Below, piece after piece: positions 47,941 to 56,314 of a stretch of DNA of 64,000 nucleotides. The position numbers and the translations under genes were made by a program. The stretch is from IMG/VR virus record IMGVR_UViG_3300042445_001485; one strand, written 5' to 3'. This DNA is from a virus. Lineage: Duplodnaviria > Caudoviricetes. The notes under the pieces are model-generated. The model did not search any database, was not told the origin of the DNA, and was given only the letters and a program-made list of their open reading frames with translations. Every line of letters starts with the position of its first letter. Position 1 is the first letter of the stretch.

Positions 47941-47995
47941 TCCTTTTTAAGTTTCAATACAAGTATTGTACAATAGATGCCTTTTCGAGTCAACC
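47941..47995 (-). promoter_or_regulatory. early promoter/RBS module (copy A)
   Basis: TTGACT-N17-TACAAT, CAATACAAGTATTG inverted repeat, AAAGGA. Confidence 0.75.
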
Positions 47996-47996
47996 A

Positions 47997-48185
47997 TTAT
48001 TTGCGTGTAATAGTTGTTTTGAAAACACCGCTCAAAACCACCACTGCACACCAAGTTTCAAATGTCAGTGGTATGGCCAGTGTAGGGAAAAGTGTGTTCA
48101 TGCTCCAAATTACTGCAACCGGGCCAAGTATGACCAGGGCAATAATAATCACAGCCCACAGAATAATTTTATTTGCATCGCTCAT
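47997..48185 (-). CDS. small two-TM membrane protein
   Basis: MSDANKIILWAV... Confidence 0.55.
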   Translation of the reverse strand: MSDANKIILWAVIIIALVILGPVAVIWSMNTLFPTLAIPLTFETWCAVVVLSGVFKTTITRK

Positions 48186-48195
48186 GATGATTTCT

Positions 48196-48345
48196 TTAAC
48201 TGTTGATTGTTTTAAACGGGCTGAGTTCTTCTTGCTCTGCTTCCATATAGACCCAATCCACTGGGATATTGAGAAGTCGTGCAATATCTTGTGGGGCGAT
48301 ATCGTCCTCCAGCATTTCTTGGATGTCGATTGAAATATCACTCAT
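48196..48345 (-). CDS. small acidic protein (49 aa, not in the ORF track)
   Basis: Translated by hand: MSDISIDIQEMLEDD... Confidence 0.55.
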   Translation of the reverse strand: MSDISIDIQEMLEDDIAPQDIARLLNIPVDWVYMEAEQEELSPFKTINS

Positions 48346-48356
48346 TGAGATTCGAT

Positions 48357-48551
48357 TCATATAGTCTTTCTACATTCAAAAACACCGGGAAACATCCGGT
48401 TCTCCCGCACCAATTGGTCCATGTATGTGACCATGGAAGTCCGGGTCTTTTCACAGTCCTCTAGTTCTCTAAACTGACTCATGCGCTCTATGTGAAAGCC
48501 CGGAAGCCCGGCCTTGGTTACTACTAAGAATGTAAATATTAATTCGTACAT
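48357..48551 (-). CDS. hypothetical protein
   Basis: Hydrophobic N-terminus, two Cys. Confidence 0.55.
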   Translation of the reverse strand: MYELIFTFLVVTKAGLPGFHIERMSQFRELEDCEKTRTSMVTYMDQLVRENRMFPGVFECRKTI

Positions 48552-48862
48552 TATGCAGTCCTCATCTGACCTTCAACGATTTCCAGCATGTTGGCCGGAA
48601 TCTTCCACAATGTGCCGTCACTATCTTTACGGACTGTGACATACTTGATGGCAATCTTTGTAACTGTACCGTGAGCACCCCAGGTGTGTTTGGGACTGGA
48701 CCAGCGAACTTGAACACCCACATCCAGGCTACGCTTGATCTGCTTGCGAAGATTGGTCTGTGCAAAACGAATGGCGTCGGTCATGCTACGAAGTTCTACA
48801 TCAGTCCATGTGCCAAACATGATAGATCTATTAAGTTGCTGAATGTCTAAAAGTCGTTCCAT
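48551..48862 (-). CDS. early hypothetical protein, SH3-like C-terminus
   Basis: GTVTKIAIKYVTV...WKIPANML. Confidence 0.65.
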   Translation of the reverse strand: MERLLDIQQLNRSIMFGTWTDVELRSMTDAIRFAQTNLRKQIKRSLDVGVQVRWSSPKHTWGAHGTVTKIAIKYVTVRKDSDGTLWKIPANMLEIVEGQMRTA

Positions 48863-48870
48863 TTTCAAGT

Positions 48871-48925
48871 TCCTTTTTAAGTTTCAATACAAGTATTGTA
48901 TAATAGATACCATTTCTAGTCAACC
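48871..48925 (-). promoter_or_regulatory. early promoter/RBS module (copy B)
   Basis: Near-identical to 47941-47995. Confidence 0.75.
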
Positions 48926-49116
48926 AAACGCTGAAAAATTGTCTGTTGTAAAATAGCAACATCTTCCGACGGCACATAAAAGTCTGTGGCAGGGTCGTAA
49001 TACTCACCTGCTTTGGGGTCATAATAAAGTACTACACCGCTGGGATAGTGAAAAGGACCTTCTAGCCCGGCTCTAGGACCCCACTTGGGGTCATGTTGGA
49101 AAACAGTATTTGCCAT
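48916..49116 (-). CDS. hypothetical protein
   Basis: GLEGPFHY...LYYDPKAGEYYDP. Confidence 0.65.
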   Translation of the reverse strand: MANTVFQHDPKWGPRAGLEGPFHYPSGVVLYYDPKAGEYYDPATDFYVPSEDVAILQQTIFQRLVD

Positions 49117-49117
49117 T

Positions 49118-49369
49118 TTAGTTTGCCATCAATGTGATTTGAACTTCGTGACCTTCGTGGGTGATGTTTACTCCCACTGGGCGGCCTTCCCCGCGGAAAC
49201 TACTGTGACGACGATCGTAAGCCAATTTTTGTATTGCAAGGCGCAGAGCCGCACCGTGCGTGACTGTGGCTGTTTTTGTATAGATGTCGTTGATAGTACC
49301 ATACATGCCAAAACCGTTGATAACAAAACGAATTCGGGTGCTGTTACTAAATCCTGCTACATGACGCAT
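49118..49369 (-). CDS. early hypothetical protein
   Basis: ATG after AAGGAG. Confidence 0.65.
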   Translation of the reverse strand: MRHVAGFSNSTRIRFVINGFGMYGTINDIYTKTATVTHGAALRLAIQKLAYDRRHSSFRGEGRPVGVNITHEGHEVQITLMAN

Positions 49370-49389
49370 CGCTGACTCCTTTTTAGCTT

Positions 49390-49428
49390 CAATACAAGTA
49401 TTGTATAATAGATGCCTTTTCGAGTCAA
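49390..49428 (-). promoter_or_regulatory. early promoter with operator-like inverted repeat
   Basis: TTGACT-N17-TACAAT; CAATACAAGTATTG. Confidence 0.75.
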
Positions 49429-49436
49429 CCAAAAAA

Positions 49437-49456
49437 AGTAGTACTTGAGTAGTACA
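49437..49456. repeat. AGTA-N-TACT cluster
   Basis: AGTAGTACT (49437) and AGTAGTACA (49448), 11 bp apart. Confidence 0.6.
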
Positions 49457-49528
49457 TGTTGTTTTATTACAACAGAGCAGGTATAGTACTAAATATCTAT
49501 ATCAACCCTAACCCTGTTATTAGATTAC

Positions 49529-51037
49529 ATGGCTATTTCAACTCGTTTCCTTATTGATTTTCCTCTCACACCAAATCTTAGTATTACAGATACAGGTCAG
49601 GAAGGCATGCCGACCTACAACCATGATACCATTGATCGACGAATCAACGCTGTTGCGTCGGGCTTAACCCGTTTAAATTTTCCAGACAATAGTAGAATTA
49701 CAATTATAGATTATCTATCATATAATTTTGTTACATTCAACGTCGGCGTATACCGAGCCAGGCATACCATAGCACCGATTAATTTTAAACTTTCAGCCGA
49801 ACAGGTTGAACATTGTATTAGAGATTCGGGTTCTGTAATAGTTTTTTGCAATCAACATTTTACACATCTTGTACCACCTGGTATGAAATTTATTGTGTTT
49901 GATTCAACAGAATTCAATGATTTTTTAGGAGACGAGAATTTTATTCCCGTTCCACCTTCTACTAATTATGAAGATTTTGAAAATAGAAATGTAACAATGA
50001 TGTACACTTCGGGAACAACCGGTAATCCCAAAGGGGTAGTAAATAATTATAGAAATAGATTTTTTCAAATCAGCCGCGGAATTGACAATCCCATTGTCAA
50101 ATATAAACGATTGGTTTCGTTGGCTCCATTACCAATATATCATTTAGCAGGACTTAACAATATCGAGCAAGATATGTTTTTTAGTTATTCTGAAGAAACA
50201 CAGATTGTACTAATGCCACATTTTGATACTAAAAAATACATACAACACGTACAGGATTTTAAAATAACAAGATTGCGACTAGTCTCACCAATGATGGCTA
50301 TGGTTCTTCAAGAAACAGAATTACTAGAAAAAGCTGATTTTTCTCGCGTGGTAGGAATTGCATTAAACTCAAGTTTTGCTCCAAAGAAAATGCAAGATGA
50401 CATAAGAAAATACTTTAAAGATTTAAAATGGTTAGACAATCCCTACGGTTTAACGGAAACAGGTCCACTGTTTGGAAAAGAAAACCCCAGGAACTTGCCT
50501 AAACCGATGATGAGTGTGGGATATCCGCTGCCGGAGGTTAGTTGTCGTATTAACAAAGATAATGTACTCGAAGTTAAAGCACCAGCGTGTTTGTCTCAAT
50601 ACCATAATAGACCCGAGTTACAGACTTCGTTTACCGACGATGGATATTTTATCACAGGTGATTTATTTAGAGTTAACTATAATGGATTTTATTTTTACAT
50701 GGGTCGTGCCGATGACATGTTTAAAAGTGGTGGTGAAAAAATCTATCCATCTGAAATTGAACCAGTTATTGAACGCCACCCCGGTGTTGCGCTAAGTACG
50801 GTAGTGGGTGTAGAAGATGAAATCAAAGGGCATAAACCATATGCATTTGTAGAGCTCAAAATCGGAGCCAAAGCCACAGCCGAAGAAATTAAACAGTTTA
50901 CCATTGAAAATGTTGCAACATATCAAATTCCTCGTCGAGTATGGATTTTAGATTCATTGCCGAGAACCAACATAGGCAAGATTGATCGCAAAACATTAAA
51001 AAATCTTGCCATTGATCTTTTAAAGGAAAATACATGA
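49529..51037 (+). CDS. acyl-CoA synthetase / AMP-binding ligase
   Basis: YTSGTTGNPKG, YGLTET, TGDL, GRADDMFKSGGE, GKIDRK; start may be near 49606. Confidence 0.92.
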   Translation: MAISTRFLIDFPLTPNLSITDTGQEGMPTYNHDTIDRRINAVASGLTRLNFPDNSRITIIDYLSYNFVTFNVGVYRARHTIAPINFKLSAEQVEHCIRDSGSVIVFCNQHFTHLVPPGMKFIVFDSTEFNDFLGDENFIPVPPSTNYEDFENRNVTMMYTSGTTGNPKGVVNNYRNRFFQISRGIDNPIVKYKRLVSLAPLPIYHLAGLNNIEQDMFFSYSEETQIVLMPHFDTKKYIQHVQDFKITRLRLVSPMMAMVLQETELLEKADFSRVVGIALNSSFAPKKMQDDIRKYFKDLKWLDNPYGLTETGPLFGKENPRNLPKPMMSVGYPLPEVSCRINKDNVLEVKAPACLSQYHNRPELQTSFTDDGYFITGDLFRVNYNGFYFYMGRADDMFKSGGEKIYPSEIEPVIERHPGVALSTVVGVEDEIKGHKPYAFVELKIGAKATAEEIKQFTIENVATYQIPRRVWILDSLPRTNIGKIDRKTLKNLAIDLLKENT

Positions 51038-51804
51038 CATTTAACGCATGGGACACATTGGAAGGTAAAACTGCTGTGATAACCGGTGTTACCGGAGGAA
51101 TTGGGTTTGCTACCGCACAAAGACTTGCCAGACGCGGAGCCCGAATAATTGGTATAGTCAGAAGAAATTTAGAAGATGCACAGGCTAAATTAAACACATT
51201 ACCATGTAGTAGTAAAGAACCTCATCTAGCATTACTAGCAGATGTATCCAACAAGGTTCAACTACAAGAAGCAATTCTATCCATTGATCGTTGCGATATA
51301 TTGGTACAAAGCACTGGCAATACCAAAAGAATTCCACACGAAAAAATTCAGTTAATGACTGATACCTACTTTGATGAGATGACCAGAGATAACCTAAGAA
51401 GTTATTTTACTGTTATAAGGTCGTTTGAACCATTGCTGAGAAAAAGTCGAGAATCTGTCGTTGTCAATATTGGATCTGTTGCGGGCAATGCACACAGCGC
51501 CGGGGGCGGCAGCAATATTGCCTACTGTGCCGCCAAAGCCGGACTTGATGCATTGACTAGAAATTTATCCAAGGCATTAGCGCCAGACATTCGTGTGGTT
51601 GGTGTTAGTCCCGGTATAGTAGATACTACGTTTGTTACCAAGGCCATCGACAACTACCCTAATTTAGAGTCAATTGCCAATAGCACTCCACTTAAACGAA
51701 TTGCCACAGTAGAAGATATAGCGGCAAATGTAGAAGCTTTAACTACCTTAATGAGATATTCCACAGGCATTGTAATCTGTGTAGACGGAGGAAGAACCCT
51801 ATGA
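51034..51804 (+). CDS. short-chain dehydrogenase/reductase
   Basis: TGVTGGIG, VNIGS, YCAAK, VSPGIVDT, DGG. Confidence 0.92.
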   Translation: MTFNAWDTLEGKTAVITGVTGGIGFATAQRLARRGARIIGIVRRNLEDAQAKLNTLPCSSKEPHLALLADVSNKVQLQEAILSIDRCDILVQSTGNTKRIPHEKIQLMTDTYFDEMTRDNLRSYFTVIRSFEPLLRKSRESVVVNIGSVAGNAHSAGGGSNIAYCAAKAGLDALTRNLSKALAPDIRVVGVSPGIVDTTFVTKAIDNYPNLESIANSTPLKRIATVEDIAANVEALTTLMRYSTGIVICVDGGRTL

Positions 51805-52694
51805 TCATCAGACCAGAAAAAACTATTATGACTTGCGCCATTACTGGCGCCATCACAGATCCCAATTCAACACCGTATTTGCCAATCAGTCCAGAAGAGA
51901 TAGCAGATAGTGCATTAGGTGCCGCAGAAGCAGGAGCCTCAATAGTGCATTTACATGTTAGAGATCCTGCAACTAAAATGGCCAGCATGAGCACCGAACT
52001 GTATATAAAAGTAGTTGAGATGATCAAAAAAGACAATCCAGATCTTATTATCAATTTGACCACAGGTCCTGGAGCACTATTTGTTCCCGGTGCTAGACTA
52101 TTGCAAGTTGGTGAAAAAAGTAGTGTCATGAGAAGTGCTAGACAGAGAACCGAACATATAACTGAAATTAGACCAGATATCTGTAGTTTTGATTTCAATA
52201 CCATGCATCATGGCGGACCAAGTATTCGTTTAAATTTTATGCCTGTGCTAAGAGAAATGGCAGTTATTATTAAAGAAGCAGGAACCAAACCTGAACTTGA
52301 ATGCTTTGACTCCGGAGATGTTAGAATTGCCATGCAGTTGCAAAAAGAAGGTTTAATTGAAGAACACCCGCTGTGGCAGTTTGCAATGGGTGTCAAATAT
52401 GGATGGGATAATACTCCCGAGGCATTAAACTATGCCCGATGTGCGATACCACACGGTTCGTTATGGTCGGCGTTTGGTATCAGTCGGGAAGAAATGCCAA
52501 TGGTGGCCAATACTTGGTTGTTAGGCGGGCATGTTAGGGTTGGTCTCGAAGACAACATTTACCTAAGTAAAAATGTGTTGGCAAAAACCAATGCTGAGTT
52601 AGTTACCAAAGGTCGTCGTGTTGTTGAGGATTTGGGTGGTCAGTTGGCCAACTATGCAGAAGCTAGGGCAATATTAAATCTCCCTAGCAAGTAA
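51801..52694 (+). CDS. beta-keto acid cleavage enzyme (BKACE/Kce, DUF849)
   Basis: TCAITGA, AGASIVHLHVRD, INLTTG, PELECFD, HVRVGLEDN. Confidence 0.92.
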   Translation: MIIRPEKTIMTCAITGAITDPNSTPYLPISPEEIADSALGAAEAGASIVHLHVRDPATKMASMSTELYIKVVEMIKKDNPDLIINLTTGPGALFVPGARLLQVGEKSSVMRSARQRTEHITEIRPDICSFDFNTMHHGGPSIRLNFMPVLREMAVIIKEAGTKPELECFDSGDVRIAMQLQKEGLIEEHPLWQFAMGVKYGWDNTPEALNYARCAIPHGSLWSAFGISREEMPMVANTWLLGGHVRVGLEDNIYLSKNVLAKTNAELVTKGRRVVEDLGGQLANYAEARAILNLPSK

Positions 52695-52696
52695 TA

Positions 52697-53239
52697 TTAG
52701 GGTTGAGTATAACCTTCTACATGTTGATCAATTACGCTGTCGTCTGGTAGTTCCATCCCGGGAGCAATGACCAATACTTCTTCTTCACTGAGAACACAGG
52801 CACGTTCTGCCCCAAATGCCAAGCACCAGTCGATCCATTCTTGTGCATGTTCTGCCTTGAGAACTCTCAAACTTTTCCACGATTCGGGGACTGTTCGTAA
52901 ATGCGGATAATCAGCTATAACTACATTTCTTACAGTATCGTGCGTATAATAGGTATTACAGGCCCAATGGCGGTATTTCACATTCCAATCGATTTTTCTG
53001 CCTGCATGTGGCGAAGGTATATCATAGGGTATGTAGGTGTCTCCACCGGGTGTGTCCGGCGAAGATCTAGTCCCTAATGTTCCCTTGACCATTTTTCCGG
53101 CATCAACCAGTTCGGCAACTTTAGCAACCAGTGCATCATTGTTGGCTTTTGTGGGCGCTTCCAGGGTGCCAGGCAGGGGAATCGAAAAAGTTTCTGGCGG
53201 AAATGAGTTGGTAACGATAACATATTTTGCTGATGGCAT
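52697..53239 (-). CDS. hypothetical protein
   Basis: TAAATA and AGGAG upstream. Confidence 0.65.
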   Translation of the reverse strand: MPSAKYVIVTNSFPPETFSIPLPGTLEAPTKANNDALVAKVAELVDAGKMVKGTLGTRSSPDTPGGDTYIPYDIPSPHAGRKIDWNVKYRHWACNTYYTHDTVRNVVIADYPHLRTVPESWKSLRVLKAEHAQEWIDWCLAFGAERACVLSEEEVLVIAPGMELPDDSVIDQHVEGYTQP

Positions 53240-53269
53240 TTTAAAAATCTCCTATTACTAGTATTTACC

Positions 53270-54421
53270 TTAGTGAAACATTAAGAATTGATTTTGCACA
53301 TCAAGTCTGGTTGCACCTAGATCACCGTGTCCTGCTGGAAATACCACAACATTCCATTGCGGCTTGGGTCCTTCGGGTATACGATTCATTTGATCGTATG
53401 TGATAATTGATGCAGGGTCAATACGGTATTTTGCCGACAACTGCTGTTTAAATTCGTCCCATGCTTCGGCACTACGGACCTGTGTACGACCCTGTTCGTC
53501 CTTGACATACTTGCCCTTGGCATCGGTGACAAACAAGTTACGGAACATGTCCTTGGGAATGGTGGGTGCGCCTTTTAGGTTTTTTCCGGCATTGCGATGG
53601 AATTCAACTTTTTTGACTTCACGACTCTTGGCGCCACCGTCACTGAAGTTGGGTAGTGTATTGGCCGGTGTGTTGGGGTCAGTTACTGGATCACCCATTT
53701 TACTATAGAAGTAAAAACGCACATCAGGATTGTTGAGTTGTACCTTTTTACTCAGGTCCCAGTATTGTTTACTGAAGAAGTCTCCAGCATCATGAATACG
53801 CACCAACAGTTTGATACCGTTTTTGTCTGCCAGGGCTTTTGTTCGTTTGATTTCTGTGTCAAACATCTGCATGTATTCGTCAGGGTGGTTGACCAAGAAG
53901 TTCAAGGCTTGTGCGGCACTCATTGATGCGGCCGGGAACATGACATAGCCACCTTTGCGGGCATAGCAGAACAGTTGGCATTCGCCGGCTCCGGGACAAG
54001 TTGTGATTTCCACAAACTCTCCAGTCTCTTCATCCACAACAATACCGCTCAGTGCTGGCAAGGTCAAGTCATATGTGATAGCGCCTTCTTTTTTGCTCTT
54101 GCTCATTTTGGCATTTGATCCCAAAATAGCTCTTGGCGGTGTGGTAATTTGACGCTTTAGATCTTCCAGGTCCCATTCTTCGGTGCCATCATCTTTGGTA
54201 ATGGCCTTGACATTGCTGCCGTGAATGATGGGTTTAAAGCGATCTTGTTTTGTTTTAGTACCAGTCTTGATACGAGTCAAGTAGGCCTGCATGTCTTGTC
54301 GGGACCATGACTTTTGTGGAGCATCTAGTTTGATTGCTTCTTCTACATCGCCCTGCTCAATATGAAGCGGCTTGACTGTAAAGCCACCTAATTTTGTTTC
54401 AATAAGTTGTGAATATCGCAT
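53270..54421 (-). CDS. GP88-like Cys-triad protein
   Basis: TCPGAGEC-x3-CYA-x-KG, RIHDAGDFFS, FYFYSK; start at MRYSQLIE. Confidence 0.65.
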   Translation of the reverse strand: MRYSQLIETKLGGFTVKPLHIEQGDVEEAIKLDAPQKSWSRQDMQAYLTRIKTGTKTKQDRFKPIIHGSNVKAITKDDGTEEWDLEDLKRQITTPPRAILGSNAKMSKSKKEGAITYDLTLPALSGIVVDEETGEFVEITTCPGAGECQLFCYARKGGYVMFPAASMSAAQALNFLVNHPDEYMQMFDTEIKRTKALADKNGIKLLVRIHDAGDFFSKQYWDLSKKVQLNNPDVRFYFYSKMGDPVTDPNTPANTLPNFSDGGAKSREVKKVEFHRNAGKNLKGAPTIPKDMFRNLFVTDAKGKYVKDEQGRTQVRSAEAWDEFKQQLSAKYRIDPASIITYDQMNRIPEGPKPQWNVVVFPAGHGDLGATRLDVQNQFLMFH

Positions 54422-54429
54422 AGTTGTAT

Positions 54430-55611
54430 TTATAGGAATGTGTCTGCCAATTGCTGACACTTGTCCCTTATATCCTTGTTGTTGGTCACGGTGACTGAAA
54501 AGTCTTGCTCGCTGTGGTCATGTTGTGTGGGATCTGCATATCCAGCATACACTTTGTGTACATTGGTGTTGTTGATCAAATCGGTACAACTGCCGCCTGC
54601 TCGCTCATCGGCCATGTCAGTTTCATATTCGTTGCAAGGACTCAGGGTTGTAATGATAATCGAACCCTTGGGTATTTCACCGTACTGCTTGTTATATTTG
54701 TTGATAGCAACTCGTTCAGCATGTATTCGTGTGTCACCGTCACCGGGTAAGTTTATACCTGTGACAATGTTATCATCTGGATCCACCACAGCGGCCGCAA
54801 CCTTGCCATAACGGTCTGGGTCTTTGGCCTGGCCATCTACGATCATCTGTATCAACTGGGTCAGTATGCGATCCAATTTGGGGGTGTTGTGTACACGATA
54901 ATCGTCAACGCTTTCCATGCTGAACTCGCGGTCTTGTGTGGTGTGGTATGCTTTACCAAGTCGATCTAAATAGCCCAAATTGCGTACAACTTTAAATGCC
55001 AGGTTCTCTACACTGAACTCACCACCCGCATCCAGGCCTGCTCGGCGCATCTTACGCAGTTTATCTGTGATGCGCTTGATGTCACGACTGTCATCTGCCG
55101 TTGCCAGGGCATGTCGTATTTGTACCAATAAGTCTTGTACCTTGTGATTTACAGCACCTGTGCTGATCTTGGGCTGTAGGTACTTGGGTGTGTGTACCCA
55201 ACGATTGTTTGTGATGCTGTATACGCCTTGACTCACAGGTGGTTGTTTGACATCTTCTACATATAACTCTACATCATGTCCACGAATACGAATATTGTGT
55301 GCATCATTCCAAATCTTTTTCTTGGCTTGGTAAAGTGCTTCTGCCAAGTCATCACATTGCAAGTTGTTGTAGTCAGTGACCACATGCAGATCAAAGTCAC
55401 TAAACCGGGTCCAGTTGTAGTTGCTCATTGATCCAGTCAACACAATGTCTATGACTTCAAAGTCGGGTATTTCAAGATAGTCAACAAAGGTGCCAACAAT
55501 GGCCAGCAGTCGCTCTCTAACTTCGGGACGCATTTGATCGCCGGTCCAAGTGGCTGGATTCAGCCGGTTGTGATATGCAATATTGCCTGCGACGAAGTCT
55601 TGTGCTCTCAT
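54430..55611 (-). CDS. Pol-beta-type nucleotidyltransferase fused to a Zn deaminase
   Basis: N: LTGS...SDFDLH, VELYVED; C: IHAERVAI, TLSPC...C, KVYAGYADP. Confidence 0.75.
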   Translation of the reverse strand: MRAQDFVAGNIAYHNRLNPATWTGDQMRPEVRERLLAIVGTFVDYLEIPDFEVIDIVLTGSMSNYNWTRFSDFDLHVVTDYNNLQCDDLAEALYQAKKKIWNDAHNIRIRGHDVELYVEDVKQPPVSQGVYSITNNRWVHTPKYLQPKISTGAVNHKVQDLLVQIRHALATADDSRDIKRITDKLRKMRRAGLDAGGEFSVENLAFKVVRNLGYLDRLGKAYHTTQDREFSMESVDDYRVHNTPKLDRILTQLIQMIVDGQAKDPDRYGKVAAAVVDPDDNIVTGINLPGDGDTRIHAERVAINKYNKQYGEIPKGSIIITTLSPCNEYETDMADERAGGSCTDLINNTNVHKVYAGYADPTQHDHSEQDFSVTVTNNKDIRDKCQQLADTFL

Positions 55612-55618
55612 TGTATAT

Positions 55619-56314
55619 TTACGCTAGATGCGTCATTAGCGCATCCATTTGTTCTATACCACCTCGGGACAACTGAAAGCCTTGTTGCCGGGCTTTGTCC
55701 ATGCGTTGATCGTATGTGGGGTGTGTGCTGTTGGGTTGGCTGGCTAATTTTTTCATATATTCCAACTCGCCTTTCTTGGCATGCATGAATTTAAACACAC
55801 CAGCTTTGTTGTAGCCCAGGGCTTTACATAACCTAACAGCAAAATCATCAGCATCCATTTCATCTTTACGGGATTGTTCTGGACTTGGCTCATCATCTAC
55901 ATGTCCTAGCGCAATGTGTCCTAGTTCATGTGCTATGGCAAAAGTCAATACATCTGCTGGAGCGTCCCAGAATACAGTTAAGTCTATGCTGATGTATCGG
56001 TTCTCAGGATCACTTTGTATGTATTGTCTATTAGACTTTACACCGATGGTAGCTCCCTGCAACGGTGCGGCCCATGAGGCACCTGCAGTTCTAATCAACT
56101 TGGCAAGTACAGCGTTACATTTTTCCTGTAAGGCCTGCATTCGTGGAGCCCAAATCTTAACCAAAGCCTGTGGGTCTTGTTTGGTTATGTCTTGGTATTC
56201 ACCGGCTTGTGCCGTGGAAGCCATTGACCCCAGGGCGGCTGCTCCTGCCGCACCGGCAAGGCCCTTGAGTATATCACGGCGACCTATTTCTGTGATAAAC
56301 TCACGAGCTCTCAT
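55619..56314 (-). CDS. M48-family zinc metallopeptidase
   Basis: AIAHELGHIALGH and SRKDEMDAD; N-terminal RRDILK plus hydrophobic helix. Confidence 0.8.
   Translation of the reverse strand: MRAREFITEIGRRDILKGLAGAAGAAALGSMASTAQAGEYQDITKQDPQALVKIWAPRMQALQEKCNAVLAKLIRTAGASWAAPLQGATIGVKSNRQYIQSDPENRYISIDLTVFWDAPADVLTFAIAHELGHIALGHVDDEPSPEQSRKDEMDADDFAVRLCKALGYNKAGVFKFMHAKKGELEYMKKLASQPNSTHPTYDQRMDKARQQGFQLSRGGIEQMDALMTHLA

Noticed and set aside
39660-49440. Repeated ~55-bp elements as a possible CRISPR array
   Set aside because: Dispersed, separated by whole genes at irregular distances, and they contain -35/-10/SD; no regular repeat-spacer structure or cas genes.
49529-52694. Bacterial chromosome or prophage boundary at the metabolic operon
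   Set aside because: Flanked on both sides by phage-type promoter modules and TAAATA-driven genes, with no integrase or att-like repeat seen; chimeric assembly can only be excluded by read mapping.
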